From Candidatus Bathyarchaeota archaeon (GTDB taxonomy: Archaea > Thermoproteota > Bathyarchaeia > Bathyarchaeales > Bathycorpusculaceae), in NCBI GenBank assembly GCA_963806535.1, contig CAWDYC010000006.1, positions 125,545 to 189,544 of the forward strand: DNA of 64,000 bases, written 5' to 3'. The notes beneath the pieces were generated by a model. It was not told the DNA's origin, did no database searches, and saw only the letters and a list, made by a program, of their open reading frames with translations. Every line of letters starts with the position of its first letter. Position 1 is the first letter of the stretch. The position numbers were made by a program, and so were the translations under genes. Positions 20,627 to 30,920 of the stretch are shown one piece after another.

Positions 20627-21490
20627 CTACCTTTTTGTTGCCAAAACGATGTATTGCGATCCACTTGAGCGTAGAATCGGATATCCCTTATCAGCGTACC
20701 CTTGAAGTTTTTGTTGTATTTTTATTGATGATTCTCCCGGAAATAAATTGTAACCGCATAAAGTAAATGGACCAAATCCCACACTTGTACTCTTTAGCAC
20801 TTTCATACCGCACTGAACCAGCGTCTGGTCGAATTTTTTGGGCGAGTGCTGACGATAGGGAGGAGCGTTTTTCCAACAATTCATCGATGTGAGTAAACCT
20901 GCTCTTTCAAGTTTATATCTAAGAAATCTTCGAAGCTCTGCTATTGCAGGGAAAGTTATCGGATCAAGTAGGGTTGTTGCTCTTAACGAGTTATCCACGG
21001 TTAAGATAGCATGTCCGTTTGGCGATAGTACCCTTACTATCTCTGAAAGTGCCTTCTTAAAGTCGTGAAGCCATGGGATAACTCCTAAAGCAACAATTAG
21101 ATCAAAAGATCTATTGGGGTAAGATAACTTATGTACATCTCCAGTATGAGCATTAATCCTGTTAAGATTCCCTGTTCTTTTTGCATTTTCAATTGTAAGA
21201 TTTACCATTGCCTGAGTATGGTCAATGGCTTCCACGGTAAATCCACGTTTTGCAAGAGCTACAGCAAGATAACCTGCCCCGGAGCCGATTTCAAGAACAC
21301 GAGTTGATTTTGGAAGCGATAGTCCATCTACGTAGCTTAGAGCTGCAGTCTGCCTTTGCTGATAAATGATCCCCTGAATATCATTGTCTTGGTAGGTATC
21401 CCTCCAGTAAGTAGCCTGGGTATCAAAAAGATCATCTACACGTCTCTGAGAAAGGTTGGTTTCGGCATTTAAAGGTGACATATACAACAT
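20627..21490 (-). CDS. Class I SAM-dependent methyltransferase
   Basis: VLEIGSGAG, SFDLIVALGV, EIVRVLSPNG. Confidence 0.9.
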   Translation of the reverse strand: MLYMSPLNAETNLSQRRVDDLFDTQATYWRDTYQDNDIQGIIYQQRQTAALSYVDGLSLPKSTRVLEIGSGAGYLAVALAKRGFTVEAIDHTQAMVNLTIENAKRTGNLNRINAHTGDVHKLSYPNRSFDLIVALGVIPWLHDFKKALSEIVRVLSPNGHAILTVDNSLRATTLLDPITFPAIAELRRFLRYKLERAGLLTSMNCWKNAPPYRQHSPKKFDQTLVQCGMKVLKSTSVGFGPFTLCGYNLFPGESSIKIQQKLQGYADKGYPILRSSGSQYIVLATKR

Positions 21491-21629
21491 CTTAACTTAA
21501 ATCTTCTCTACTTAACAAATAAACGATTCAAATTGTCTTTTATCTTTATTTATTAGAATATCAAGAATCATTGGAGAAAAATAGATAACTATGAGCTTCA
21601 CTTAATCGACCCAAATGACTTAACAATCG

Positions 21630-22457
21630 GTGAATAAAATGGTTAACGTTAAATCAAATTCCCAACATAGGTTGCATACCACAGATTATCTAAAATCAAT
21701 TGGCGTTTCAGAAATTATGCCCGCAACAAGTCCATTCGACCCAGGTTATGACCTCGTTACTTTAGCGAGTCATCTCGAGCAGAGCCATCATCTTATTTCA
21801 ATTCTAAAGGTTTCTATGGCGTGCTGGATGATAGCAAATGAAGATGTCAGTCGAAAAAAGATATCGGCCGCAAAAAAATATGGCGTGCCAACAACAACCG
21901 GTGGAGGACCTTTTGAGGTTGCCTATGTCCAAGGTAAATTAGATAAATATCTTGACTTAGTGGCTGATTTTGGCTTTACCCGAATCGAATGTGGAGAAGG
22001 TTTCACTGACATCTCTCTAAACGCTAAAGAAATTGTGAAAATGGCAAACGATAGAGGCTTAGAAGTTCAATTCGAACTTGGCAAAAAACATGAAGGCGCC
22101 TTTACAAACGACATTGTAGATGCATTGATAGATCAAGGAAAAAAATGGCTTGAAGCTGGAGCTCTCCAACTAGTTGTTGAGGCAAGGGAAAGTGCAAAAG
22201 GAGTTGGGCTATTTGACAACGAAGGAAATCTTAACATTCAATTCGCAGACAGATTTGCCAATGCTTTTGGCCACGGAACTGTTATGTTCGAAGCACCAAA
22301 CAAGCCAAGTCAATTCGCCCTATTAGACCACTTCGGCAGAGATGTTCATCTTTGCAATGTTCGAATCGAAGAGTTATTGCGAGTTGAAATTTACCGAAGG
22401 GGCCTGCACTCAGATGCTTTTAACAAAGAAAATCTCCGTCCGAGACTGCCACAATAA
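21630..22457 (+). CDS. comA: Phosphosulfolactate synthase (ComA family)
   Basis: GGGPFE, IECGEG, ELGKK, VEARESAKGVG, FEAPNK..Q, LCNV..EELLRVE..RRGLHSD; adjacent to comB. Confidence 0.88.
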   Translation: MNKMVNVKSNSQHRLHTTDYLKSIGVSEIMPATSPFDPGYDLVTLASHLEQSHHLISILKVSMACWMIANEDVSRKKISAAKKYGVPTTTGGGPFEVAYVQGKLDKYLDLVADFGFTRIECGEGFTDISLNAKEIVKMANDRGLEVQFELGKKHEGAFTNDIVDALIDQGKKWLEAGALQLVVEARESAKGVGLFDNEGNLNIQFADRFANAFGHGTVMFEAPNKPSQFALLDHFGRDVHLCNVRIEELLRVEIYRRGLHSDAFNKENLRPRLPQ

Positions 22458-22474
22458 AACAGGAGAGAAAACAG

Positions 22475-23188
22475 TTGCCGTCAAAAGTAGTTGCTATCGA
22501 TTGCATAACCGAATGTTCAAAGCAATATGATAAAGAAACAGCAGTTATAGTCATTGATGTAATTCGGTCTACGACGGTGGCAGCAACAATTGTGGAGTCT
22601 GGAAGAAGATGTTTTTTTGCACCTTCAACTGAAGGAGCTATTCTTCTAAAAAAACGTCTCCAAAGGCCATTAATGGTAGGCGAAGTTGGCGGCAACATGC
22701 CCTATGGTTTTGATTTTAAAAACAGCCCAGTAGATGTTAAAAAATATCCTGATAAATCCAGACCAGTAATTATTGTATCTACATCTGGAATACCGCTACT
22801 TTATTCCTTGAGAAATTGCGGTTCACTTTACGTTGGGTGCTTGCGAAATTATACCGCGACTTGCAATTACCTTGCTAGACGTTATAGTCGCGTGAAATTG
22901 TTTGGAGCGCCCACCCGTGGCGAATTTCGTGAGGAAGATAAGTTGTGCTGTTCCTGGATTGCAGCAAGTCTATTGGAAGCCGGTTTCACTTGCGAAGATG
23001 CGAAAACCCTGCAAATTGTGAATAGTTGGAAGGATAAGTCAGTTACCGTATGTGGTGAAGGGAATAGTGCAAAATATCTTATAGAAACTAGGCAAAAAAG
23101 AGACCTTAATTTCATACTCAAACATGTAAACGACTTTAATTACGCTCTCACTATTGAGGGCGATGAGATTGTTAAGATACCAACTTAG
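22475..23188 (+). CDS. comB: 2-phosphosulfolactate phosphatase (ComB family)
   Basis: VIVIDVIRSTT, GEVGG...GFDFKNSP, STSG, GCLRN, FREEDKLC. Confidence 0.9.
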   Translation: MPSKVVAIDCITECSKQYDKETAVIVIDVIRSTTVAATIVESGRRCFFAPSTEGAILLKKRLQRPLMVGEVGGNMPYGFDFKNSPVDVKKYPDKSRPVIIVSTSGIPLLYSLRNCGSLYVGCLRNYTATCNYLARRYSRVKLFGAPTRGEFREEDKLCCSWIAASLLEAGFTCEDAKTLQIVNSWKDKSVTVCGEGNSAKYLIETRQKRDLNFILKHVNDFNYALTIEGDEIVKIPT

Positions 23189-23193
23189 ACTAG

Positions 23194-24435
23194 GTGACGA
23201 AAGCGTCTAAATTCACTATATCGGACACAAGAGTTCCTGTTGTTGTTTTGTACACTTATCATTACGGTCAATTAGGCCTTCTACGCACATTTGGGAGACT
23301 TGGAATTGAAGTGCACGGCGTAGATCCACATACAACTTCACCTGGCTTATTTTCAAAATATTGTCGAAAGAAATTTCTATGGGATGTTGACGGCAAAGAT
23401 CCTCAATCGTCAGTTCAATATTTACTAGCAGTTGCAAAAAAGATTGGGAAGCGTTCTATTCTGATACACACTACAGATAGTGGTTCAAGCTGGCTTGCGG
23501 AAAATGCCAACTCTTTGAGTGAAGGCTTTATCTTTCCAAAACTTCCAGCGCAGCTTGTTTATGCGCTAGCCGACAAAAAGGAGATGTATTTTTTAGCGAA
23601 AAAGTTTGGGATTCCGACTCCTGACGCATGTTTTCCCATTTCAATGGATGAAGTTCAAACCTTTTCAGAAGAAGCAACTTTTCCATTAGTCATGAAGGAA
23701 ATGTATCGGAGTAGGTCCCCACGCTTTGGCAAAAGAATGTTTATAGCAAACACTAAAACCCAATTACTGAACCTATACAAACTTCATGAAGACTTCTCTG
23801 AGCCCAGCTTTATGCTTCAGGAGTATATTCCTGGCGGAGACGACTCTATTTGGATGTTTAACGGTTATTTTAATGAGAAATCAGAATGCTTGTTTGGCAT
23901 AACAGGCAGGAAAATACGTCAATCTCCAATCCACAAAGGAGTCACTTCTTTAGGTATTTGCCTTCACAATTCTGATGTCGATCAATTAACAAAACATTTC
24001 ATGAAGAGCATAGGTTACAAAGGTATACTTGATATTGGATACAGATACGACTCTCGAGATGGAGAATACAAAGTTCTCGACGTTAATCCTCGCGTGGGAT
24101 CGAGTTTCCGTCTATTTGTTGCGTCAAATGGATTAGACGTTGCCAGGGCTGCATATTTAGACCTAACAGGTCAGCCAGTTCCGAAAAGTGAAATTATTGA
24201 GGGAAGAAAGTGGTTTGTTGAAGACAGGGATTTAATTTCCAGTATTAATTATCGTTTTGAAAAGAGCCTAACGTTTAGGCAATGGATGACTTCATATCGA
24301 GGCGTCCGAGAGAGCGCCTGGTTTGCATGGGATGATCTTCTTCCCTTCTTTGTCCAAAACTTAAGGTTTTCAAGAAAATTCATTTCAAGATCCGACAAAA
24401 GCACGTTAAACCCCTATAGAATTATCCCTAATTAA
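23194..24435 (+). CDS. ATP-grasp carboxylate-amine ligase (D-aspartate-ligase-like family)
   Basis: LRTFGRLGI, SKYC, DKKEMY..AKKFGIPTP, FPLVMK, LQEYIPGGD, GRKIRQ.P, D.RDGEYKVLDVNPR. Confidence 0.85.
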   Translation: MTKASKFTISDTRVPVVVLYTYHYGQLGLLRTFGRLGIEVHGVDPHTTSPGLFSKYCRKKFLWDVDGKDPQSSVQYLLAVAKKIGKRSILIHTTDSGSSWLAENANSLSEGFIFPKLPAQLVYALADKKEMYFLAKKFGIPTPDACFPISMDEVQTFSEEATFPLVMKEMYRSRSPRFGKRMFIANTKTQLLNLYKLHEDFSEPSFMLQEYIPGGDDSIWMFNGYFNEKSECLFGITGRKIRQSPIHKGVTSLGICLHNSDVDQLTKHFMKSIGYKGILDIGYRYDSRDGEYKVLDVNPRVGSSFRLFVASNGLDVARAAYLDLTGQPVPKSEIIEGRKWFVEDRDLISSINYRFEKSLTFRQWMTSYRGVRESAWFAWDDLLPFFVQNLRFSRKFISRSDKSTLNPYRIIPN

Positions 24436-24689
24436 GGCGTTTTTCTGGCTCTAAACGATTGATTATAATCTGCAGTTTTAAGTTTTATTAAACTTGCATT
24501 AAATCTGCTTCTATAAAGGGAATGCTTAAAGACTGAGAGTTAATTTGGATGTATGCTTAAATGACTAATAATATCCTTATATGTTCATCAATTTGAGTGA
24601 TTAACTGTGACCTCTAAAACGAAAAGAACCTTTGAGAAAGCTGCTACTTGGACTTGGCTCGAGCTAAACAGGTTATATAATGAAATTTC

Positions 24690-25323
24690 TTGGTGATTAA
24701 AATGGTATTTGCTTTAAAGACTATATTAGCTGTTGGAGCGCACCCAGATGACATTGAACTAGGCTGTGGCGGGACTATATGCAAATCTATCCAAGCAGAT
24801 TCAAAAGTTGTTGCTTTGTATATGACAAAGGGCGGGAAAACATTTGATACTAATGTGCGAATGAATGAAAGCATAAAAGCTATGAATATACTGGGGGTCA
24901 AAGATATTTATTTTGAAAATTTCCCTGACACTGAAATTCCCGATTCTTATCAAGCCATAAACTGCTTAGAAGAATATTTTACGAAGTACCAGCCAGACAT
25001 CGTACTTACGCATTCGGTCAATGATACTCATCAAGATCATAGGCGTGTAGGGTGGCTGGCTATGTCAGCGTTCCGGAACGTTGCAAAGATTCTTGCCTTC
25101 GAAACGCCTAGAGTGAAGGCCTGCAAACTTTTTGCCAACTTTTTTTGTTAACATTACAGGATTTGTTGATAAGAAATGGGAAGCATTGCGCTGCCATGTT
25201 TCTCAAAACGAAAAGCGATACCTCGCATATGAATCAACTGTCAATCTAGCGTTTTTTAGAGGAAGCCAAGTTGGAGTTCAATCAGCTGAGGCTTTTGAAA
25301 TTATCAAATATTTAGATGCATAA
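24690..25323 (+). pseudogene. PIG-L/LmbE-family N-deacetylase, frameshifted (ORFs 24690-25151 and 25132-25323)
   Basis: GAHPDDIELGCGG, DTHQDH; C-terminal KKWEALRCHVSQ...AEAF lies in the +1 frame; removing one base near 25116-25120 restores ETPRV.PANFLPTFFVNI. Confidence 0.85.
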
Positions 25324-26353
25324 TTTTGTACATGCCAAAACACTGGAGTTATATAGATTGGATGAAAAGTTTAAGGTCGCTGTCATTGGATTAGGCAAGA
25401 TGGGCCTATTGCACGCAAGTATATTGAGCACTCTACCAAACGTTGAACTGGTTGCCCTCTGTGATAAGAGTTCGTTGATCAGAAGATTCGGTCGAAAACT
25501 TCTCAAAGGGATACAGGTGGTTGATGATTCAGCGAAGATTTTAGATTTTAAACCTGACATCGTTTATGTAACAACCCCAATTCCATCCCATTATTCAGTA
25601 ATATCTGGTTTATGCTCCAATGGAGAGATGCCTCACTTGTTTGTTGAGAAAACGCTCTCTTCAAAATATGATGATTCGGTTAAACTAATCGAACTTGCTC
25701 AGAGATTTAAGAAAGCAAATATGGTTGGATACATGAAAAGGTTCTCAGTTACATTCAATAAAGCCAAAGAATTACTGGAGCAAGAGGCAATTGGTCAAAT
25801 AATTTCTTTTGATGCTTACGCTTTTTCGTCAGATTTCTTTGGGCTCGAAGAGAGCAAACAAGCTTCATCAAGAGGTGGGGTCATAAGTGACTTGGGCTCT
25901 CACGCGATAGATATGGCTTTATGGCTATTCAAGGAATTTGAACTCAAATCTGACTTAGAAAACAAGGTAACTAAGGATGTAGCACATTTTAATGTAGAAA
26001 ATTCCAAGGGAATTAAAGGAAAGTTTGAGATGTCATGGTCAAAAGAAGGCTATCATATGCCTGAAATTGGAGTATTAATCAGCGGAGATACAGGTAAAAT
26101 CAAGGTTAATGATGATTTGGTGGAATTGCAATCAAATTCCGGATCCACAAAGGCGTGGCATAGACATGATCTCCAAGATAATGTGGGCTTTCTGTTAGGA
26201 GATGCAGAATACTATCGAGAGGACGAATACTTCGTCAATTCAATAACTAAAAAATCTCAAATTGAATCGGATTTTGTTTCCGCCTCCAAGGTTGATTATA
26301 TAATAGAGAAAGTATCAGACAGAGCTGAAAACATTGCAGAAAAATCAAGATAG
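25316..26353 (+). CDS. Gfo/Idh/MocA NAD-dependent oxidoreductase
   Basis: VAVIGLGKMG, VTTPIPSH, FVEK, VGYMKRF, GGVISDLGSHAID. Confidence 0.92.
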   Translation: MHNFVHAKTLELYRLDEKFKVAVIGLGKMGLLHASILSTLPNVELVALCDKSSLIRRFGRKLLKGIQVVDDSAKILDFKPDIVYVTTPIPSHYSVISGLCSNGEMPHLFVEKTLSSKYDDSVKLIELAQRFKKANMVGYMKRFSVTFNKAKELLEQEAIGQIISFDAYAFSSDFFGLEESKQASSRGGVISDLGSHAIDMALWLFKEFELKSDLENKVTKDVAHFNVENSKGIKGKFEMSWSKEGYHMPEIGVLISGDTGKIKVNDDLVELQSNSGSTKAWHRHDLQDNVGFLLGDAEYYREDEYFVNSITKKSQIESDFVSASKVDYIIEKVSDRAENIAEKSR

Positions 26354-27242
26354 ACTATTACTTGTCGGAGATAACCCGTTCCATGGTATTAGTCATCTCT
26401 CCCAAGAAAGGGTTAGAAATCGGGGCAGACCGATAAATGACCCACACTTTGCCGCGAATTTGGTTGAAACTTCTATTCATAGCGGTGCTAACGGCTTCAT
26501 GTTTTCAGTTAGCGACACCACTTTATCAATACTAAACATACTAACTAAAGACACGACTATCGATCAAGTCAATCTCTATCCCCTAGTTCCTTACGCTTAC
26601 GAATATGTCAGACTTGCTACTCACGCAGGCGGAATACCTGGGCTAGGAAAAAGAATGGCTAAGCAAATTGTAAAATCACGAAATGCATCAGCAGCATTTT
26701 TTGGCTTAAAAGGAATCCTGACAGTAAACGGCATGGACTTAATGAAAGCCTATTTGGCATACGAAATTTCCAGAATAAAGACATCGGTCCATAAGAAAGG
26801 AATTGTGCGCTCAGTACTACTTCATGAAGTAGTGACTGATATGTGTCTAGCTTTAAACATAGATTCACTCTTCAAGTCCTACATTGAATTTTTGCAAAGT
26901 AGAAAAATTAAGCCAGGCTTTGAAACAAGAAATTTCCCCTTCCTTTTGAAAAAATTGGGTGAATGGGAGATTAATTCAGACGATATTCTGATCGCGGCTC
27001 CATTTAATAAAATTGGTTTTTACATGAATCCATCTAAAAATGAATGTGAAGTAGCCCTCTCAACTCTCCATAAACCCAACGTTATAGCTATGAGTATTTT
27101 AGCAGCAGGCTATCTTAAGCCCTCAGAGGCTATAGAATATATTGATAACCTCCCAAACATCAATTCCATAGTTGTAGGTATTTCAAGCGGGCAACAAGCG
27201 AGTTCAATATCGCAATTCCTTGTAAATAGCAGGCATTCATAG
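26334..27242 (+). CDS. Conserved hypothetical protein (possible aldo-keto-reductase-like TIM barrel)
   Basis: GDNPFHGISH, APFNKIGFYMNPS, IAMSILAAGYL, SIVVGISS; overlaps the Gfo gene. Confidence 0.6.
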   Translation: MQKNQDRLLLVGDNPFHGISHLSQERVRNRGRPINDPHFAANLVETSIHSGANGFMFSVSDTTLSILNILTKDTTIDQVNLYPLVPYAYEYVRLATHAGGIPGLGKRMAKQIVKSRNASAAFFGLKGILTVNGMDLMKAYLAYEISRIKTSVHKKGIVRSVLLHEVVTDMCLALNIDSLFKSYIEFLQSRKIKPGFETRNFPFLLKKLGEWEINSDDILIAAPFNKIGFYMNPSKNECEVALSTLHKPNVIAMSILAAGYLKPSEAIEYIDNLPNINSIVVGISSGQQASSISQFLVNSRHS

Positions 27243-27317
27243 CATAGATAAACTAAATTTACAAGAATATAAATCTCAGTTTAAGAGCAAACACCAATAC
27301 TAAATAAGGGATATTAT

Positions 27318-28550
27318 ATGGATAGAACTGCGCTGTGTATGCTTGCTCCAGAATTCTTACCCGTGTGGGGTGGCACAGGCTCATACACAGTTGAACTAAT
27401 CAAATCATTGCCAAAAAACGTAGACATCGATGTTATCACACTAAAACGAAGCATTGATGGAATGGCTAACGGTGCTAATAATCAAAGCATCATTGATTCA
27501 ATAATAAAACGACCGATAAATGTTCACTATCTAAGTGAGTCTCATGAAACATTTTTTTATAATTTCGCATTCCAAAGTGCTTGCTTCTTTAGGCTTCCAC
27601 TCATAAACAAAAAAGCTAATTTTGACTTGATTCACTCCCACTTAGTCCATATGCCGGACGTTTATCTGCAAATATTCAGGCAGGTCAATGTACCCACAGT
27701 TGTTACTTTGCATGGAACAATACAAATGCTTAGAGATCACGCTATAATAGCACGCGAACTATTTCATGATCTTGAGGCTGGGGAAAAATCTATCCTCCGC
27801 TTTTATCCAATAATTAGGCAACTGCAAGAGTTCTACGCAAAGCGCATAACGCGATTTATCGCTGTCTCTAAAGTGACCAAAGAGTTGGCTGTAAAACATT
27901 TAGGTGTTGATCCAAGCAAAATCAGCCTGGTATATAATGGAGTTGACACGGATCTATTTCATATTCCAGATGAAGATGAATTAAACATCAAGAACTCGAG
28001 ACCTTCAATTGTCTATGTAGGCCGGATTATTTCCAAAAAAGGGATTGATGTTCTTATCAAATCGATGCCCGAGGTTCTCAAGTTTTGCCCCAAAGCTCGT
28101 TTTATTTTTGTGGGCGGCGGCAACATATCCTTTTATAAAGAAATGATCAAAAGCAAAGGAATATCTAAGGACAATTATTTGTTCACAGGTCACATGGGCT
28201 ATTCAGAACGCTCAAAAATAATGCGAGAGGCAACCATCTTCGTAAATCCTTCCTTCTTCGAGAACTGTTCAATAAGTATACTTGAGGCAATGAGTAGCGG
28301 CTGCGCGGTTGTTGCTAGCAATGTGGGCGGAAATCCTGAACTGATACATTCTGGGCAGAATGGTTTACTTGTACGTCCGTTTGATCATGATGCTTTTGCA
28401 AAATCAATAGTTTCATTATTACAAGACGAGTCAGAAAACAGGTTAATAGGAAAAACAGCGCGAATGACAGTAGAAGAATCTTTCTCTTCGAAAAAATGTG
28501 CAGAAGAAACATACAAAGTATACAAGAAAACCATTAACTCGCATCAATGA
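27318..28550 (+). CDS. Glycosyltransferase family 4
   Basis: YNGVD, YVGRI..KKG, PSFFENCSISILEAMSSG, SNVGGNPE. Confidence 0.92.
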   Translation: MDRTALCMLAPEFLPVWGGTGSYTVELIKSLPKNVDIDVITLKRSIDGMANGANNQSIIDSIIKRPINVHYLSESHETFFYNFAFQSACFFRLPLINKKANFDLIHSHLVHMPDVYLQIFRQVNVPTVVTLHGTIQMLRDHAIIARELFHDLEAGEKSILRFYPIIRQLQEFYAKRITRFIAVSKVTKELAVKHLGVDPSKISLVYNGVDTDLFHIPDEDELNIKNSRPSIVYVGRIISKKGIDVLIKSMPEVLKFCPKARFIFVGGGNISFYKEMIKSKGISKDNYLFTGHMGYSERSKIMREATIFVNPSFFENCSISILEAMSSGCAVVASNVGGNPELIHSGQNGLLVRPFDHDAFAKSIVSLLQDESENRLIGKTARMTVEESFSSKKCAEETYKVYKKTINSHQ

Positions 28551-28608
28551 AAACCGATCACTAAAAAATATGCGCCTTCCTTAAACTCAAATCTAAAATT
28601 TTTCATCT

Positions 28609-29628
28609 TTGAAACCAAAACTTAGGAAAAGTCAAATAATGGCGATAATTAGCGAAACCCCTGAAATAAGCGTTATCTTGGCAACTAGGGGCGACAAAAC
28701 AGATTTATTAAAGAACTGTTTAGATTCATTGAAAAAACAAAAGTTTAAAGATTTCGAAATCATTATTGTGGCAAAAAAATTTCCCCAACAATTTCAAAGT
28801 GTTTTAGAAAGCGAGCAAATTAAATTTGTTGAGGAAAAAGGAACAACACTGGGTGCAGCTCGAAATTTAGGAGTAAATAATGCTACAGGGAAATTGGTTT
28901 CTTTTATAGACGATGACGCAGAAGCATCGCCTAATTGGCTAGAAAAAATAAGTTTGACCTTCTCTCAATTTCCATCAATTAGCTGCCTAGGCGGACCACA
29001 CTTTACACTTCAAGACAAATCCAAAAACGACCCCTTAAATTATGTCGAGGGTCTTTTTTTTGAAGGTCGTTCCCAAATAGTCTATTTTGACAAGTCAGCA
29101 ATTGGAAAAATTGCGGGTTGCAATGTAACTTATAAGAAATCGGTGTTTCAAGAATTAGGTTGTCTAAATGAGAATTTAAGAACTTGTGAAGATTGGGATC
29201 TTAATGGCAGATTATTAGAAAAAGGGTACACTCTCCGTTTTGATCCGGAGATTTGGGTTTGGCATCGCAGGCAAGGGTTAAAGCATGCTTTCAAAGGTAG
29301 TTCGAGAAGTGCACCGTTTTTCTTATCTTGGAAAACGCTTAAACTCGCAAGATACGAGCCTATCATTGCTTCGTTTTATGCTTCAAATTTACTCTTTATT
29401 TTACTTGTTATTTCTTTGTTTATTTCTCCATATCTCACTGTATTTTTATTCCTTGCATCTTTATTTGCATACGTTATCTTCAACGCGGTAAGAACTCATA
29501 CTTATAATCGTAAAATCATATATTTTCCACTGGTAGTTTTACTTACAGTTGCAAGAATTCTAGGATTCTATTTTGGCTTAGTTAAAAACGCAGCCTTTAG
29601 GTTACGTATTCTGATTTCACGTAAGTAG
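28609..29628 (+). CDS. Glycosyltransferase family 2 with C-terminal TMs
   Basis: GAARNLG, FIDDD, GCNV, EDWDL. Confidence 0.9.
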   Translation: MKPKLRKSQIMAIISETPEISVILATRGDKTDLLKNCLDSLKKQKFKDFEIIIVAKKFPQQFQSVLESEQIKFVEEKGTTLGAARNLGVNNATGKLVSFIDDDAEASPNWLEKISLTFSQFPSISCLGGPHFTLQDKSKNDPLNYVEGLFFEGRSQIVYFDKSAIGKIAGCNVTYKKSVFQELGCLNENLRTCEDWDLNGRLLEKGYTLRFDPEIWVWHRRQGLKHAFKGSSRSAPFFLSWKTLKLARYEPIIASFYASNLLFILLVISLFISPYLTVFLFLASLFAYVIFNAVRTHTYNRKIIYFPLVVLLTVARILGFYFGLVKNAAFRLRILISRK

Positions 29629-29747
29629 CAAATGCAACAATTCAGGCAGCAAATTCCACAGCAAAAATCTGCACAAAAAATTACGCCATTAAGCAAATAC
29701 ATTATGTTCATTTAATAATCAAAAATCGCCACAAGGTAAAATTTTAG

Positions 29748-30920
29748 ATGAAAGTATGTTTCGTTACTAACATCTTCCCACCAGACTCTTTGGGCGGTCC
29801 CGGAGAAGTTGTATATAACCTTCAAAAATTTATGATTAAACAGGGAATAGAAGCTTACGTATTTACATGTGGCACAAACGACCGAAGGTACGCCAAAACT
29901 ATAAGGACTTTCGGGGGTAAACGGCTTTTCCCTATTGTGAGCCCACTTTATTTCAAGAAAATTAAGAAAAATCACTTTGATATTATTAATTTCCATAGCG
30001 AAAGCGGTATGGGCATTGCTCCATTGATGTATTTTAATAGAACTTCTAAAATCATTACAACTTTGCATAGTGAAGTTCTGACTGAAAGCAATTCAACAAA
30101 AGCCGTTATGATCGCTGATTCAGTCATAGAGAACCTTAGTCAAGAAGAATTAATAACAAAACACCTGCTTGCTCTAATCAAAATCACCGGCATTTACATG
30201 GATATTGCAGTATCAAAACGAATCATCGCCGTATCAGAAAAAACTAAACAAGATTTCCTGAGACAACATCAAATTCCTCAAGAAAAAATATCAGTAATCC
30301 ACAACGGTGTTGACTCCCAGAGATTCAACCCAAAAGTTTCAGGAGAAGCTATCCGAAAAACTTACTCTTTAGGCAGTTCTCCGCTTATTCTAACAGTCAG
30401 CGGTAATATATTTATAAAAGGCACAGTTTTTGCTCTTTACGCTTTAGCCGAAGTTGCAAAAACTTTTCCTCAAGTGAAGCTTATTGTCCTTGGAGTTAGC
30501 GACAAGAATAAAGAGCGCCTCTACCCGATATTAAAGAATCTTGGAATTCAAAAAAATGTTTCTATTATAGGGTCGATTCCTAATTTTGAAATGCCTTTTT
30601 ACTATTCATCTTCTGATATAGTTCTATTTCCTTCTCTTTCAGAGAATTTTCCAATTGCTCTGTTGGAAGCCATGTCTAGTGCAAAGCCAGTCATCGCATC
30701 AAGGGTTGGGGGGATACCTGAAATTGTGAGCAACGGCAATAACGGAATTTTTGTTAGCCCAGGTAATATTGAAGAAATAGCCAAATCTCTCTTATATCTT
30801 CTTGAAAATCCATTAATCGGAAGAAAAATGGGTGAAATGGGGCGAAAAATAGTTCAAGAAAAATTTGATTGGGAAAAAGTAGGGAGAGCCTATTTGAAAG
30901 AATTCGAAAGTGTAATGTGA
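29748..30920 (+). CDS. Glycosyltransferase family 4
   Basis: HNGVD, PSLSENFPIALLEAM, SRVGGIPE. Confidence 0.92.
   Translation: MKVCFVTNIFPPDSLGGPGEVVYNLQKFMIKQGIEAYVFTCGTNDRRYAKTIRTFGGKRLFPIVSPLYFKKIKKNHFDIINFHSESGMGIAPLMYFNRTSKIITTLHSEVLTESNSTKAVMIADSVIENLSQEELITKHLLALIKITGIYMDIAVSKRIIAVSEKTKQDFLRQHQIPQEKISVIHNGVDSQRFNPKVSGEAIRKTYSLGSSPLILTVSGNIFIKGTVFALYALAEVAKTFPQVKLIVLGVSDKNKERLYPILKNLGIQKNVSIIGSIPNFEMPFYYSSSDIVLFPSLSENFPIALLEAMSSAKPVIASRVGGIPEIVSNGNNGIFVSPGNIEEIAKSLLYLLENPLIGRKMGEMGRKIVQEKFDWEKVGRAYLKEFESVM

Noticed and set aside
21630-23188. comAB as evidence of coenzyme M synthesis or methanogenesis
   Set aside because: No comC, comDE or mcr in the window, and comAB also occur in non-methanogens. 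It cannot be excluded genome-wide but is not supported here.
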